The notes below the pieces were generated by a model. The model was not told the DNA's origin. It saw only the letters and a program-made list of their open reading frames with translations, and searched no databases. From the human T2T-CHM13v2.0 reference genome, Homo sapiens, in NCBI RefSeq assembly GCF_009914755.1, contig NC_060941.1: a stretch of DNA of 64,000 nucleotides. One strand, 5' to 3'. Positions 27,118 to 41,530 of the stretch are shown here, piece by piece. The stretch's first letter is position 1, and each line of letters opens with the position of its first letter. A program made the position numbers and the translations under genes.

Positions 27118-27765
27118 TGCAAATGTAAATTATTTTTACAAAGAATTTTTGAAATACAAATATGCCACACAATAAAACAGCACAAGAGAAAAAAATATGA
27201 AAAAAATAGCAAGTTATTAGGCAGAGACCTTAAAATGTACATGATTATTATGTTTATGACCAAAGACAAGATTGAGACTTTTTGCAAAGAATTGACTATG
27301 AAATAAAAGAGATTCAAGTAAAAATTCTAGAATGAAAATAAGAAGTGGCATTAAGGATTCAGTGGCAAGATTTAACAGTAGATTAGGCACAGCTAAAGAG
27401 AATGAGTGAGTTGAAATATAGTCAGAAGACAATATACGGAATAAACCTTGGAGAACAAAAGGATAGAAAATACAAAATAGAAGATAAGATATATACAAAT
27501 AAAACTGATGAGGAGAGGCACCCAAGGAGAGAAAGGGGTGCATGAGGAAGCAATGCTTAATGAGAGAAAGTGGCAAAGATTCAAACAGCACTGTGAAGTC
27601 CATGAAAGAAAAACAACAGGAAGTTCAGATCTAAGTACATAATAATGAAAACTGTAAGAAACCAAAGACAGAGAACTTTTAAAGAAGTTAGAGAGGGAAA
27701 AATAGTACTTATAAAGCAAATAAGGTAGATAAACAACTCAAAGTTACAGTAACTTTAAGAAAGGC

Positions 27766-28080
<315 letters not shown>

Positions 28081-28177
28081 GGTAAGTTTGTTGCTCACAT
28101 TACACAGCCATTGCATATCTTTAGGAATGCAAAGATACACTGCTCATCATAAATCACTCAAAAATCCAGGCTGATGT

Positions 28178-28918
<741 letters not shown>

Positions 28919-29729
28919 AACGGGGGCAGCCATCAGCAATAACATTGCTGGTCCCCATGCCAGAACCACAGGAGAGTTTTGGGGGATCCTTGCATCAGCA
29001 ATTAAATGCTTCAGTTGAAAGTGGCACACCTCACTCCTATCCACAACTCACAGGCCAGAATTAATCACATGTCCACATCCAACTTCAGGTATGTAAAAAG
29101 TGTGACTAAACCATGGAACTAGAAATAGTTGGTGAACAGCATTAAGAAATTCCGCAATTACATCTAATGGAGCACTAATTTGCTGACAGCTGACTTCTCA
29201 AGACGAATAATAGAAACTAGAAAATAATAGATGATAAATTCAAGATGAAAGAAAACAAATGATAGCCAACCTAGAATCCTGTACAGAAAAAATAGCTTTC
29301 CAGAATAAAGAATTAAAAATATTTTCAGACAATGGTAAATAATTTTATTAACAGAGGAATTACACTAAAGGAAATACAAAATGATGTTCTTTAGGAGAAT
29401 GAATACAAATAAAAGTTCAGAAATGCATCAAGAACTCAAGAATATAAAAAACAATTAAAATCTATGGGCAAGTGAATATTACATGTACAGTTGACTCTTG
29501 AACACTGCAGGGGTTAGGGGCTCCAACCCTCCACACAATGGAAAATGTATGTATAACTTTTGACTCCCTCCAAACTTAACTACTAACAGCCCTCTTTTGG
29601 CTGGAAGCCTTACCAATAACATAAATAGTTGATTAACACATATTTTGCATCTTATATGTATGGTATACTGCCTTCCTATAATAAGGTAAGCTAGAGAAAA
29701 GAAAACGTTATTAAGAAAATCATGAGGAA

Positions 29730-30013
29730 GCCAGGTATGGTGGGATGCGCCAGTATTCCCAGCTAATTGGGAAGCTGAGATAGAAGAATCACTGGAGTCC
29801 AGGCATTCTGGACTGCTGTGCACTTTGCCAACTGGGTGTCCACACTAAGTTTGGCATTAATATGGTGACCTCCTGGGAGAAGAGGACCACTAGGTTGTCT
29901 AAGGAGGGGCAAGCTGGCCCAAGTTGGAAACAGAGCAGGTTAAAACTCCCATGCTGATTAGAGTGGGATCATGCCTGTGAGTAGTCACAATGAGACCTCA
30001 CCTCTTAAAAAAA
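29730..30013 (+). pseudogene. 7SL (SRP) RNA retropseudogene
   Basis: S-domain gggtgtccacactaagtttggcattaatatggtgacctcc...ggaaacagagcaggttaaaactccc; A-tail; TSD aaaatcatRagg; ~20-nt 3' deletion. Confidence 0.95.
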
Positions 30014-30022
30014 TAATACCAT

Positions 30023-30365
<343 letters not shown>

Positions 30366-31141
30366 TCACCTCTTAAAAAATTAGTACCAAATAAAAATCA
30401 TAAGGAAGATAAAATATATTTACTATTAATTAAAAGGAAGTGGATCATGATAAAAGTCTTCATCCTTAACATTTTCATGTTGAGTAAGCTGAAGAGGAGG
30501 AGGAAGAGGAGTTGACCTTGCTGTCTCAGGAGTGACAGAAGTGGGAAAAAAAGTCCATGTATAGGTGGACCCTTGCGGTTCAAACCCATATTATTCAAGA
30601 GTCAACTGTATAACAACAGGATAATAGTAATCTAGATTATATATATATATATATAAAATCTATGTAATGTAAATATACGAAAATTGTTTATAAGATGAAA
30701 AGGGTGAAATTGAGTTACAGAGTTCAAGTTGCTTATATTTTCTTGGAACAGATACAAAAAACTAATCAATATTAGGCTTTAAAAATTCAAAAGTGAAAGT
30801 TAGGTAAATGCTAAAAGAATAATCAAAACTTGTGTATGTGAAAACACAGTAATAAGATCCAAAAGCAGAAAGGGAAGAAAATAAATGCAATAAAGATGGG
30901 AAAAATTGAAAACAAATAGAAACATGGTATAAATATTTAAACAAAAAATATATTAGTAGTTATAATAAAAAACAATAAGCTAATTACACCAGTGAAAATA
31001 CAGGAGTTGTCAGACTGGGTTAAAATAGTCAAACGATATTCTTCGTATAAGAGATGTATTTTAAATACAAGGATGCAAAAAGGATTAATATAAAAGGATG
31101 GAAAAAAATGTTATGCAAAATCCAATATTTGAAAAAGGTAG

Positions 31142-31872
31142 TAGATATAGTTTGGATATTTGTCCCCTCCAAACCTCCAAACCTCGTGTTGAAATTTGGT
31201 CCCCAGTGTTGGGGGTGGAGTGTAAAGGGATGTGTTTGTGTCATCAGGTCAAATCCATGAATGGTTTGGTGCTCTTCTTGCAATAATGAGTGAGCTCTGT
31301 CTCTATTTAGTTCCCACGGGACCTGTTTTTTTGTTTTTTTTGTTTTTTTTTTTGAGACAGAGTCTCGCTCTGTCAGCCAGGCTGGAGTGCAGGGGTGCGA
31401 TCTCGGCTCACTGCAACCTCCACCTCTCATGTTGAAGTGATTCTCCTGCCTCAGCTTCCTCAGTAGCTAGGATTACAGGTGTGCGCCACCATGCCTGGCT
31501 AATTTTTGTATTTTTAGTAGAGACGGGGTTTCACCTTGTTGGTCAGGCTGGTCTCAAACTCCTGACCTCATGATCCACCTGTCTCAGCCTCCCAAAGTGC
31601 TGGGACTACAGGTGTAAGCCACTGCTCTGGGCCAGGAACTGATTTTTTGAAAGTGCCTGGCACCTCCCCGCTGGCTTGCCATGTGACTTCCGCATGCTGA
31701 CTCCCTTTCTCCTTCCACCATGAGTGGAAGGAGCCGGAGTCCCTCACCAGAAGCAGGTGCTGGTGCCATGCTCTTTGTACAGCCTGTAGAACTGTGAGCC
31801 AAATAAACCTCTGTTCTTTATAAATTGCCAGCATCAGATATTCCTTTACAGCAATATACATGGACTAAGACA
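31142..31872 (+). mobile_element. MSTB solo LTR, interrupted by Alu
   Basis: atagtttggatatttgtcccctcc...gaactgtgagccaaataaacctc...ggactaagaca. Confidence 0.85.
31326..31633 (-). mobile_element. AluS (Sg-like)
   Basis: Full antisense dimer. Confidence 0.95.
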
Positions 31873-32104
31873 GTATTGTAACTATATTAATAAGAGAAAA
31901 AAATAGGCTTTAAGTCAAAGATAAAGAGGAATACTTTACAATGACCAAAAGGTTCAATTCACCAGTAAATATAACAATTGTAAGTTTGTATGCACTTAAC
32001 TATATTGTCTCAAAATATATACAGATAAATTAACAGAACCAAAGGATAAATAGATAAAAATCCATGATCATGGTGGAAGATTTTAACATACCTCTCAATA
32101 ACTA

Positions 32105-32408
32105 TTTTTTTTATTTTTTATTTTTTATTATGGAGTTGTGCTGTAATCACCCAGGCTGAAGTGTAGTGGCACAGTCTCGGCTCACTGCAACCTCTGCCTC
32201 CTGGGCTCAAGTGATCCTCCTGCCCACCCTCCCAAGTAGCTGAGACTACAGGTGCACGCCATCTTGCCCAGCTAATTTTTGTATTTTTTTGTGGAGAAGG
32301 GGTTCTGCCATGTTGACCAGTCTGGTCTTGAACACCTGGGCTCAAGTGATCAGCTTGTCTAGGCCTCCCAAAGTGTTGGAATTACAGGGATAAGCCACCA
32401 CTCCCAGT
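32105..32408 (-). mobile_element. AluJ
   Basis: J-type ctgggctcaagtgatc in both arms. Confidence 0.9.
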
Positions 32409-33489
32409 TGACTTTTAAACCTCTCTCTCTCTTTCTTTCTCTCTTTCACACACACCCACACAGACACACATGCATACAAATGCTAAGTGTAAAGGAAAAT
32501 GTTAACTCTATATTCGAAAATTAAAAACTTCTGCTCATCGAAAAGTACCATTAAGAACATGAAAAGGCAACTCAAAGACTAGAAGAACATACTTGCTACA
32601 TATAAAGCCATTGAAAGACTTGTGTCTAGAATATAAAGAACTTGTATAAGTCAATCAGAAAATGCAGGTGGTCTAAAGAACAATGGGCAAGAGGCTTGAA
32701 GAGGAACTTAAACAAAAGAAGATATCCTAATGACCAATAAACATGAAAAAGTGTTCAGCCTCATTAGAAATCATAGAAATGTGAATTAAAAACAGAATGT
32801 AAAGTCACTGCATATGCATAAGAACTATGGCTAAAATGTAAAAGGCTGATTTTACCACATAGGTAAGGATATGCAGCAACCAAAAGTTTCATACATTTCA
32901 TATATTTTCATATGAAAATATATGAAAATAAATTCATATACTTCATATATTCCTGGTGAGAATATAAATTAATGTGATCACTTTGGAAAACTGACATTGC
33001 CTACTAAAATTGAAGATCTGCATTCCCTATAATGCAGTAATTCCATTTCTAATTATACACCTATCAAAAGTGCATGCACCTGTGCATCAGGAATCATGTT
33101 CAAGAGTGTTTATAGCAATACTGTTTGTAAAGCCCCAAACTGGAAACAACCCAAACACGCATCAACAGTACAAACAGATAAATAAATTGTGGTATATTCA
33201 TATATTGATATATTATATAGCAATGAAAATAAAGCTTATCAACATGAATATCACAATGAAAACACATATAAAGCTATGTGAAAACACATCATTGAAAGAA
33301 GTCAGAAACAATAAAACACATATGGTATAATTCATTATATAAAGTTTAAGAAATGGCTAAAACTGAAATATAGCACGTAGGTATACATGTTTTAATACTG
33401 TGTGTGTTTGTGTGTGTTATATACATATATACTTCCTGCTTTTATGTATATAACACACACACGCATAACCACATGTACACACACAGAGA

Positions 33490-34722
33490 GATTGTTTATT
33501 GTCCCCGTCCAAATCTCATGTTGAATTGTAATCTCCAGTGCTGGAGGCGGGCCTGGTGGGAGATGTGTGGATCATGTGGTTGGATGCGTCATAATGTTAT
33601 AGGAGTTATTAAGAAATTATTTTAGGCAGAGAGAGAGGAAAAGAGGTCCTTGGGAAGTTTTTGTTTCTTTTAAAGCAGCTCCAGAAATGTTTCTTGTCTA
33701 GCAAGAAAGCCCTGGCTCTAGAGCCAGGCCAGCAAATTTTGATATGCAAATGCCAAACATTAGACTGGGTCCACCCAAACATGGCAATTCTCTCCACCTT
33801 CTTCTTGCCCTTGCCCCACATGTTCCTGGCAACATGGCCATCCCCACATATTCCCACATGTGTAGAACATCATGGTGCCCTGCATTTGCATATTAAAGGG
33901 CTAGGGTGGGAGGGCATGTATAGAACATCATGGTGCCCTGTATTTGCATATTAAAAAGCTAAGGTGGGAGGACCAGTTTTTTCAAGGGCTATGTGAATGA
34001 CATGCCTGGTCAAAACAATCCCCTGAGCCCTATGCAAATCAGACACTGCCTCCTCCAGCCTCCTCATATAAGCAGCAATGTTTCCTTAGCACTCAGGGTT
34101 TCCTCCCTGGGCTTTGGATCCCCCCTCCCTCTGTCTCTGTATGGGGAAGCTGTTTTCTTCTTCCTTCCTTCTCTTTTGCCTATTAAACTTTTCACTCCTT
34201 AAAACTACTCCACATGTTTCTGCATCATATTATACAAACTGGCGCAAAGACCAAGAACCCTGGTGTTCCTCCACTCATTGGAGCCATATCAATAGCTTGG
34301 TGCTGCCTTTATGGTAGTGAGTTCTTGCAAGAGCCAGTCATTTAAAAGTGTGTGTCAACTCCCCCTCCAACTCTCACTTGCTCCTGCTTTTGCCACATGA
34401 CATGTCAGCTCCCCCTTTTTTTTCTACCATGATTGTAAGCTTCCTGAAGCCTCCCTAGAAGGCGAGCAGATGCCAGCACCATGCTTTCTGTAAAGCCTGC
34501 AGAACTGTGAGCCAATTAAACCTCTTTTCTTGTAGATTATCTAGTATCAGGTATTTCTTTATAGCAATGCAAGAATGGCCTAATATAGAAAATTGGTACC
34601 GGGAGTGAGGCATTGATATAAAGATACCTGAAAACATGAAAGTGACTTTGGAACTGGCTAACAACAGAGGTTTTGAAGAGTTTGGAGGGCTCAGAAGAAG
34701 ATAAGAAGATGAAGGAAAGCTT
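33490..34722 (+). mobile_element. MSTA LTR plus start of MST internal region, interrupted by LTR9-type LTR
   Basis: ccaaatctcatgttgaattgtaat...gccaattaaacctctttt...gaaaattggtacc...ggagggctcagaagaaga. Confidence 0.85.
33595..34291 (+). mobile_element. LTR9-family (ERV1) solo LTR
   Basis: TG...CA, 4-bp TSD ataa/atag, recalled LTR9 motifs (aagaaattattttaggcag; ccctatgcaaatcagacac). Confidence 0.75.
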
Positions 34723-34769
34723 CATCATTCCAGAACACAGCCACAGTAGGCAGCAGGCACCAAAGGCAT

Positions 34770-34900
34770 TTGAAACACAGGTTGAGGAAACCAAAGGCCA
34801 GGAGAGTTGAAGGTTGCCCAAGTTTGCACAGCCAGTTACTAGCAGTGCCAGGGTCTGATTCCTAGTCCAAGCTCTCTCTGTCTGACAGTGTGCTCTATCA
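34770..34900 (-). mobile_element. MIR fragment
   Basis: gaggaaaccaaaggcc...ttgcccaag...cacagcc. Confidence 0.6.
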
Positions 34901-34914
34901 AAACCCAGCAATCC

Positions 34915-35560
34915 ACTGATGTTTATGGTGGCATTATTCTTAATCGCCGAAACCTGGAACCAACCAAGATGTCCTTCAGTAGGTGACTGGATAGATAAAC
35001 TGTGGCAAATCCTGACAATGAAATATTATGCAGTGCTAAAAAGAAATGATCTATCAAGCCATGAAAAGACATGGATATCATTGAGTGAAATTCATATTAC
35101 CAACATGCATATTAATAAGTGAAAGAAACCAATCTGAAAAGGCTACATACTGCGTGATTCCAATGATACGACATTCTGGAAAAGACAAAACTATGGAGAG
35201 GGTAAAAAGTTCACCAGTTACCAGAGGTTAAAAGGGAGGGAGAGATGAATAGGAGGAAAACAGAGAATTTTTAGGGCAGTGAAACTATTTTGTATGATAC
35301 TGTAATGGTGGGTACCTGCTATTGTACATTTATCAAAACCCATAGAATGTACAAAACCAATGGTAAACCCTAATGTAAACTCTGGAGTTTGGATGATAGT
35401 GATGTATTAATGTAGGTTCATTGATTGTAACAAATGAACCACTGTGATAATGGAGGAGACTGTCAGGGTGGTGGGGGACAGGGGTATAGTAGAACTCTCT
35501 ATGTGTTCTTGCCAATTTTGCTTTAACCTAAAACTGCTTTAAAAATGAAGTTTATTTAAA
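34915..35560 (+). mobile_element. L1MC 3' end
   Basis: caaccaagatgtccttcagtaggtga...atcaagccatgaaaagacatgg...ccctaatgtaaact. Confidence 0.85.
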
Positions 35561-36535
35561 CAACAACAATAGAAATAGAAAACATTTTTCATGGTTCTGG
35601 AAAAGAGCTTCAAAAAAATTCAAGCAAAGATGGCCAAATAGAAACAGCTCCAGTCTGCAGCTCTCAGTGAGACCAATGCAGAAGGCAGGTGATTTCTGCA
35701 ATTCCAACAGAGCCTAGCAAGCTAAGAACCACTGGCTTGAAATTCTTGCTGCCAGCAAAGCAGTCTAAAGTCATCCTGGGACCATCGAGCTTGGTGAGGT
35801 GAGGGGCATTTGCCATTACTGAGGTTTTAGTAGGCGGTTTTCCCCTGACAGTGCTAAGGAGGCTGGGAGGTGTGGACTGGGCAAATTCACCACAGCACAG
35901 CAAAGTGGCTATGGCCAGACTTCTTCTCTCGATTCCTCCTTACTGGGCAGGGCATCTCTGAAGAAAAGGTAACAGCCCCAGTCAGGGCCTTACAGACAAA
36001 ATGCCCATCTCCCTGGGACAGAGCAAGTGGAGGAAGGGGAGGCTGTGGGTGCAGCTTCAGTGCTTTTAATTGTTCCTGCCTGCTGGCTCTGAAGAGAGCA
36101 GCTGATCCTGACAAGAGGGGTTCTCCCAGCACAGCACACCAGCTCTGCTAAGGGACAGACTGCCTCCTCAAGTAAGTCCCTGATCCCCGTGCCTCCTGAC
36201 TGGGAGAGACCTCCCAACAGGGGTCAACAGGCACCTCATACAGGAGAGTTCTGCCTGGCATCAGGCTGGTGCCCCTCTGGGATGATGCTTCCAGAGGAAG
36301 GAGCAGGCAGCAATCTTTGCTGTTCTATAGCTTCCCCTGGTGATACCCAGGTGAATAGGGTCTGGAGTGGACTTCCAGCAAACTGCAGCAGACTTGCAGA
36401 AAGGGGGCCAGACAGTTAGAAGAAAAACTAACAAAGAGAAAGCAACAACATCAATATCAACGTAAAGGAACCCCCCAAAAAACCCCATCCAAAGGTCATC
36501 AGCCTCAAAGATCATAGGTAGATAAATCCACGAAG

Positions 36536-37564
36536 ATGAGGAAAAACCAGCACAAAAATGCTGAAAATTCCAAATACCAAAATACCTCTTCTTCTCCAAA
36601 TGACTGCAACTCATCTCTAGCAAGGGCACAAAACTGGACAGCGATTGAGATTGAATTGACAGAAGTAGGCTTCAGAAGGTGAGTAATAACAAACTCCCCT
36701 GAGCTAAAAGAGCATGTTCTAACCCAATGCAAGGAAGCTAAGAACCTTGATAAAAGGTTACAGAAACTGCTAACTAGAATAATCAGCATAGAGAGGAACA
36801 TAAATGACCTGATGAAGCTTAAAAAACACAGCATGAGAACTTCATGAAGCATACATTAGTATCAATAGCTGGATTGATCAAGCAGAAGAAAGGATATCAG
36901 AGATTAAACATCAACTTACTGAAATAAGGCATGAAGACAAAATTAGAGAAAAAAAGAATGAGAAGGAATAAACAAAGCCTCCAAGAGCTATGGGACTATG
37001 TGAAAAGACCAAACCTATGATTGATTGGTGTACATGAAAGTGACGGGGAGTATGGAACCAAGTTGGAAAACATACTTCAGGATATTACCCTGGAGAACTT
37101 TCCCAACCTAGAAAGAAAGGCCAACATTCAAATTCAGGAAATACAGAGAACACCACAAAGATACTCCTTGAGAAGAGCAACCTCAAGACACATAATCATC
37201 AGGTTCTCCAAGGTTGAAATGAAGGAAAAAATGTTAAGGGCAGCCAGAGAGAAAGGTCAGGTTACCTACAAAGGGAAGCCCATCAGACTAACAGTGGGTG
37301 TCTCTGCAGAAACCCTACAAGCCATAAGAGAGTGGGGGTCAATATTCAACATTCTTAAAGAAAAGAATTTTCAACCCTGAATTTCATTTCCAGCCAAAGT
37401 TCATAAGCTTCATAAGCAAAGGAGAAATAAAATCCTTTCCAGACAAGCAAATGCTGAGGGATTTTCTCACCACCAGGTCTGCCTTACAAGAGGTCCTGAA
37501 GGAAGCACTAAATATGGAAAGGTAAAACCAGTACCAGCCACTGCAAAAACACACCAAAATATAA
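36536..37564 (+). pseudogene. L1 ORF1p remnant (stops and frameshifts)
   Basis: Fragment IGVHESDGE..ENFPNL..IQIQEIQRTP..KGKPIRLT matches ORF1p. Confidence 0.9.
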
Positions 37565-37624
37565 AGACCAATGACACTATGAAGAAACTGCATCAACTAA
37601 TGTGTAAAATAAGTACCTAGCATC

Positions 37625-40600
37625 ATGATGACAGGATCATATTCACACATGATAATATTAACCTTAAATGTAAATGGGCTAAATGCCCCAATTAAAAGAC
37701 ACAGACTGGCAAATTGGATAAAGAGTCAAGACCCATTGGTGTGCTGTTTTCAGGAGACCCATCTCACGTGCAAAGACACACATAGGCTCAAAATAAAGGG
37801 ATGGGGAATATTTACCAAGCAAATGGAAAGCAAAAAAAGCAAGGGCTGCAATCCTAGTCTCTGATAAAACAGACTTTAAACCAACAAGGATCAAAAAATA
37901 AAAAGAAGAGCACTACATAATGGTAAAGGGATCAATGCACCAAGAAGAGCTAACTATCCTAAATATATATGCACCCAATACAGGAGCACCTAGATTCATA
38001 AAACAAGTTCTTAGAGACCTACAAAGAGACTTAGACTCCCACACAATGATAGTGGGAGACTTTAACACCCTACTGTCAATGTTAGATAGATCAATGAGAC
38101 AGAAAATTAACAAGGATATTCAGGACTTGAATTCAGCTCTGGACCGAGTGGACCTAATGGCCATCTACAGAACTCTCCACCCCAAATCAACAAAATATAC
38201 ATTCTTCTCAGCACCACATAGCACTTATTCTAAAATCAGCCACATAATTGGAAGTAAAACACTCCTCAGCAAATGCAAAAGAACAGAAATCATAACAGTC
38301 TCTCAGACAACAGTGCAATCAAATTAGAACTCAGGATTAAGAAACTCACTTAAAACCACACAACTAAAAAAAAAATATATATATATATATATCAGGCCAA
38401 TATCCCTGATTAATAGTGATGCAAAAATCCTCAGTAAAATACTGGCAAACTGAATTCAGCAGCACATCAAAAAGCTTATCCACCATGATCAAGTTGGTTT
38501 CATCCCTGGGATGCAAGGCTGGTTCAACATATGCAAATCAATAAACATAATCCATCACATAAACAGAATCAATGACAAAAACTGCCTGATTATCTCAATA
38601 GATGCAGAAAATGCCTTCAATAAAATTCGCCATTCCTTCATGCTAAAAACTATCAATAAACTAGGTATTGATGGAATATATCTCAAAATAATGAGAGCTT
38701 TTTATGACAAACCAATAGCCAATATCATACTGAATGGGCAAAAGCTGGAAGCATTCCCTTTGAAAACTGGCACAAGACAATGATGCCCTCTGTCACCACT
38801 CCTATTCAACTTGTATTGGAAGTTCCGGCCAGGACAATAAGGCAACAAAAGAAATAAAGGTATTCAAATAGGAAGAGAGGAAGTCAAATTGTCTCTGTTT
38901 GCAGATGACATGATTGTATATTTAGAAAATGCCATTGTCTCAGCCCAAAAACACCTTAAGCTGATAAGCAACTTGAGCAAAGTCTCAGGATACAAAATCA
39001 ATGTGCAAAAATCACAAGCATTCCTATGCACCAACAACAGCCAAGCAGAGAACCAAATCATGAGTGAACCCCCATTCACAATTGCTACAAAGAGAATAAA
39101 ATACCTAGGAATACAACTTACAAGGGACATGAAGGACAAGGAGAAGTACAAACCACTGCTCAAGGAAATAAGAGAGGACACAAACAAATGGAAATAATTC
39201 CATGCTCATGGATAGGAAGAATGAATATTGTGAAAATGGCCATACTGCCCAAAGTAATGTGTAGATTCAATGCTGTTCCCATTAAGCTACCATTGACTTT
39301 CTTCTCAGAATTGGGAAAAACTACTTTAAATTTCATATGAAACCCATATAAAAAGAACCCATATAGCCAAGACAATCCTAAGCAAAAAGAACAAAGCTGG
39401 AGGCATCATGCTACCTGATTTCAAACTATACTACAAGGCTACAGTAACCAAAACAGCATGGTACTGGTACCAAAACAGATATATAGACCAATGGAACAGA
39501 ACAAAGACCTCAGAAATAACACCACACGTCTACAACCATCTGATCTTCGACAAACCTGACAAAAATCAGCAATGGGGAAAGGATCCCCTATTTAATAAAT
39601 GGTGCTGGGAAAACTGGCTAGCCATATGCAGAAAACAGAAACTTGATCCCTTCCTTACACCTTATACAAAAATTAACTTAAGATGGACTAAAGACTTACA
39701 TGTAAAACCCAAAACCATAAAAACCCTAGAAGAAAACCTAGGCAATACCATTCAGGACATAGGCATGGGCAAAGACTTCATGACTAAAACACCAAAAGCA
39801 ACTGCAACAAAAGCCAAGATTGACAAATGGGATCTAATTAAACTAAAGAGCTTCTGCACAGCAAAAGAGGCTATCATCAGAGTGAACAGGCAACCTACAG
39901 AATAGGAGAAAAATTTTTTAATCTACCTATCGGACAAAGGTCTAATATCCAGAATCTACAAGGAACTTAAACAAGTTTATAATAAAAAAACAAACAACCC
40001 CATCAAAAAGTGGGTGAAGGATATGAACAGACATTTTTCAAAAGAAGACATTTAGGTGGCCAAGAAACATATGAAAAAAAGCTCATCATCACTGGTCATT
40101 AGAGAAATGCAAATCAAAACCACAATGAGATACCATCTCACACCAGTTAGAATGGCAATTATTAAGAAGTCAGGAAACAACAAATGCCGGCAAAGCTGTG
40201 GAGAAATATGAAAGCTTTTACACTGTTGATGGGAGTGTAAATTAGTTCAACAATTGTGGAAGACAGTGTGGCAATTCCTCAAGGATCTAGAACCAGAAAT
40301 ACCATTTGACCCAGCAATCCCATTACTGGGTATGTACCCAGAGGATTATAAATCATTCTACTATAAAGACATATGCACAGTTTATTGAACTGTGCACTGT
40401 GTTTATTGAAGCACTATTTACAATAGCAAAGACTTGGAACCAACCCAAATGCCCATCAATAATAGACTGGACAAAGAAAATGTGGCACATATATACCATG
40501 GAATACTATGCAGCCATGGAAAAGAATGAGTTCATGTCTTTGTCAGAGACATGAATGAAGCTGGAAACCATCATTCTCAGCAAATTAACACAGGAACAGA

Positions 40601-40641
40601 AAACCAAACACTGCATGTTCTCACTCATAAGTGGGAGTTGA
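37625..40641 (+). pseudogene. L1 ORF2p (EN/RT) remnant, disrupted
   Basis: [42 protein letters not shown] pieces in different frames. Confidence 0.9.
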
Positions 40642-41324
40642 ACAATGAGAACACATGGACACAGGGAGGGGAACATCACACATCGGGACCTGTCAGGGGG
40701 TGAGGGCAAGGGTAGGGAGAGCATTAAGACAAATACCTAATCCATGCGGGGCTTAAAAACTACATGATAATTTGATAGGTGCAGCAAACCACCATGGCAC
40801 ATGTATACCTATGTAACAAACCTGCATGTTCTGCACATGTATCCCAGAACTTAAAGTAAAATAAAATAAAAAATAAAGCTTCTTTGATTTATTTCCCATT
40901 GGCGTTTTTCTGTAGCTAAGGAGCAGAATCCTTCCCCAGGCAGGGAAAAGACGGGCAAGTGCCAGTCTCTTCTCCACTTAGTGTCCAGGGTATGTGGCAG
41001 TTTTCAAAAGGCTCCCTCAGTAGACTTGAAGCACAAACAAATACCCTGAATTTCTACGTCCAAGTCATTGTGAGTCTCATCATGGGAGCCTCAGAGGATA
41101 AAATGATTTCATAAAGTGTTTCCTGCAATTCTTGATTCTGGTCTAAATGTTGTGGTGGCTTCAAGGACCATAAGTCTTGTAAAAAAAAAAAAAAAAAGAA
41201 AAACAAAAGCAAAACACACACACACAAATCCACACTCTGCTTTCTGCAGTGTGATACTTTGTAGGAAAAGGGCTACCTTAGAGATGCTCTCAGTAATATC
41301 CACCTAGGAGAAAGAAACCAAGTT

Positions 41325-41530
41325 TGTGGAGCCCCTACCTGTGTTAGGCTCTGTGCCGGGCACTTGACATGCTTCATCATATTGATTTCTCATGACAACC
41401 CTGCAATAGTGATATTATTATTCCCATTTTACAGCTTAAGAAACACAGGTACAGAGAGGTTACTTAACACCAAAGACATTCAGGAGGTGAGTTGTAAAGC
41501 CAGAAGGCAATCCAAGCTTGTTTTGTTCAA
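41325..41530 (-). mobile_element. MIR
   Basis: ttattcccattttacag...aagaaacacaggtacagagaggtt. Confidence 0.75.

Larger units (their letters stand above)
35629..40876 (+). mobile_element. Near-full-length L1PA7/PA8, inactive, with 5'UTR and ORF2 internal deletions
   Basis: 5'UTR gatggccaaatag, ORF1 and ORF2 remnants, 3'UTR gcggggcttaaaa...gcaaaccaccatggcac, poly(A). Confidence 0.95.

Noticed and set aside
29730-30013. Functional 7SL RNA gene
   Set aside because: Heavily CpG-decayed, has a 3' deletion, A-tail and TSD, and is inserted in a transposon without upstream promoter context
35629-40876. Active L1
   Set aside because: Multiple stops and frameshifts, internal deletions, and an old subfamily
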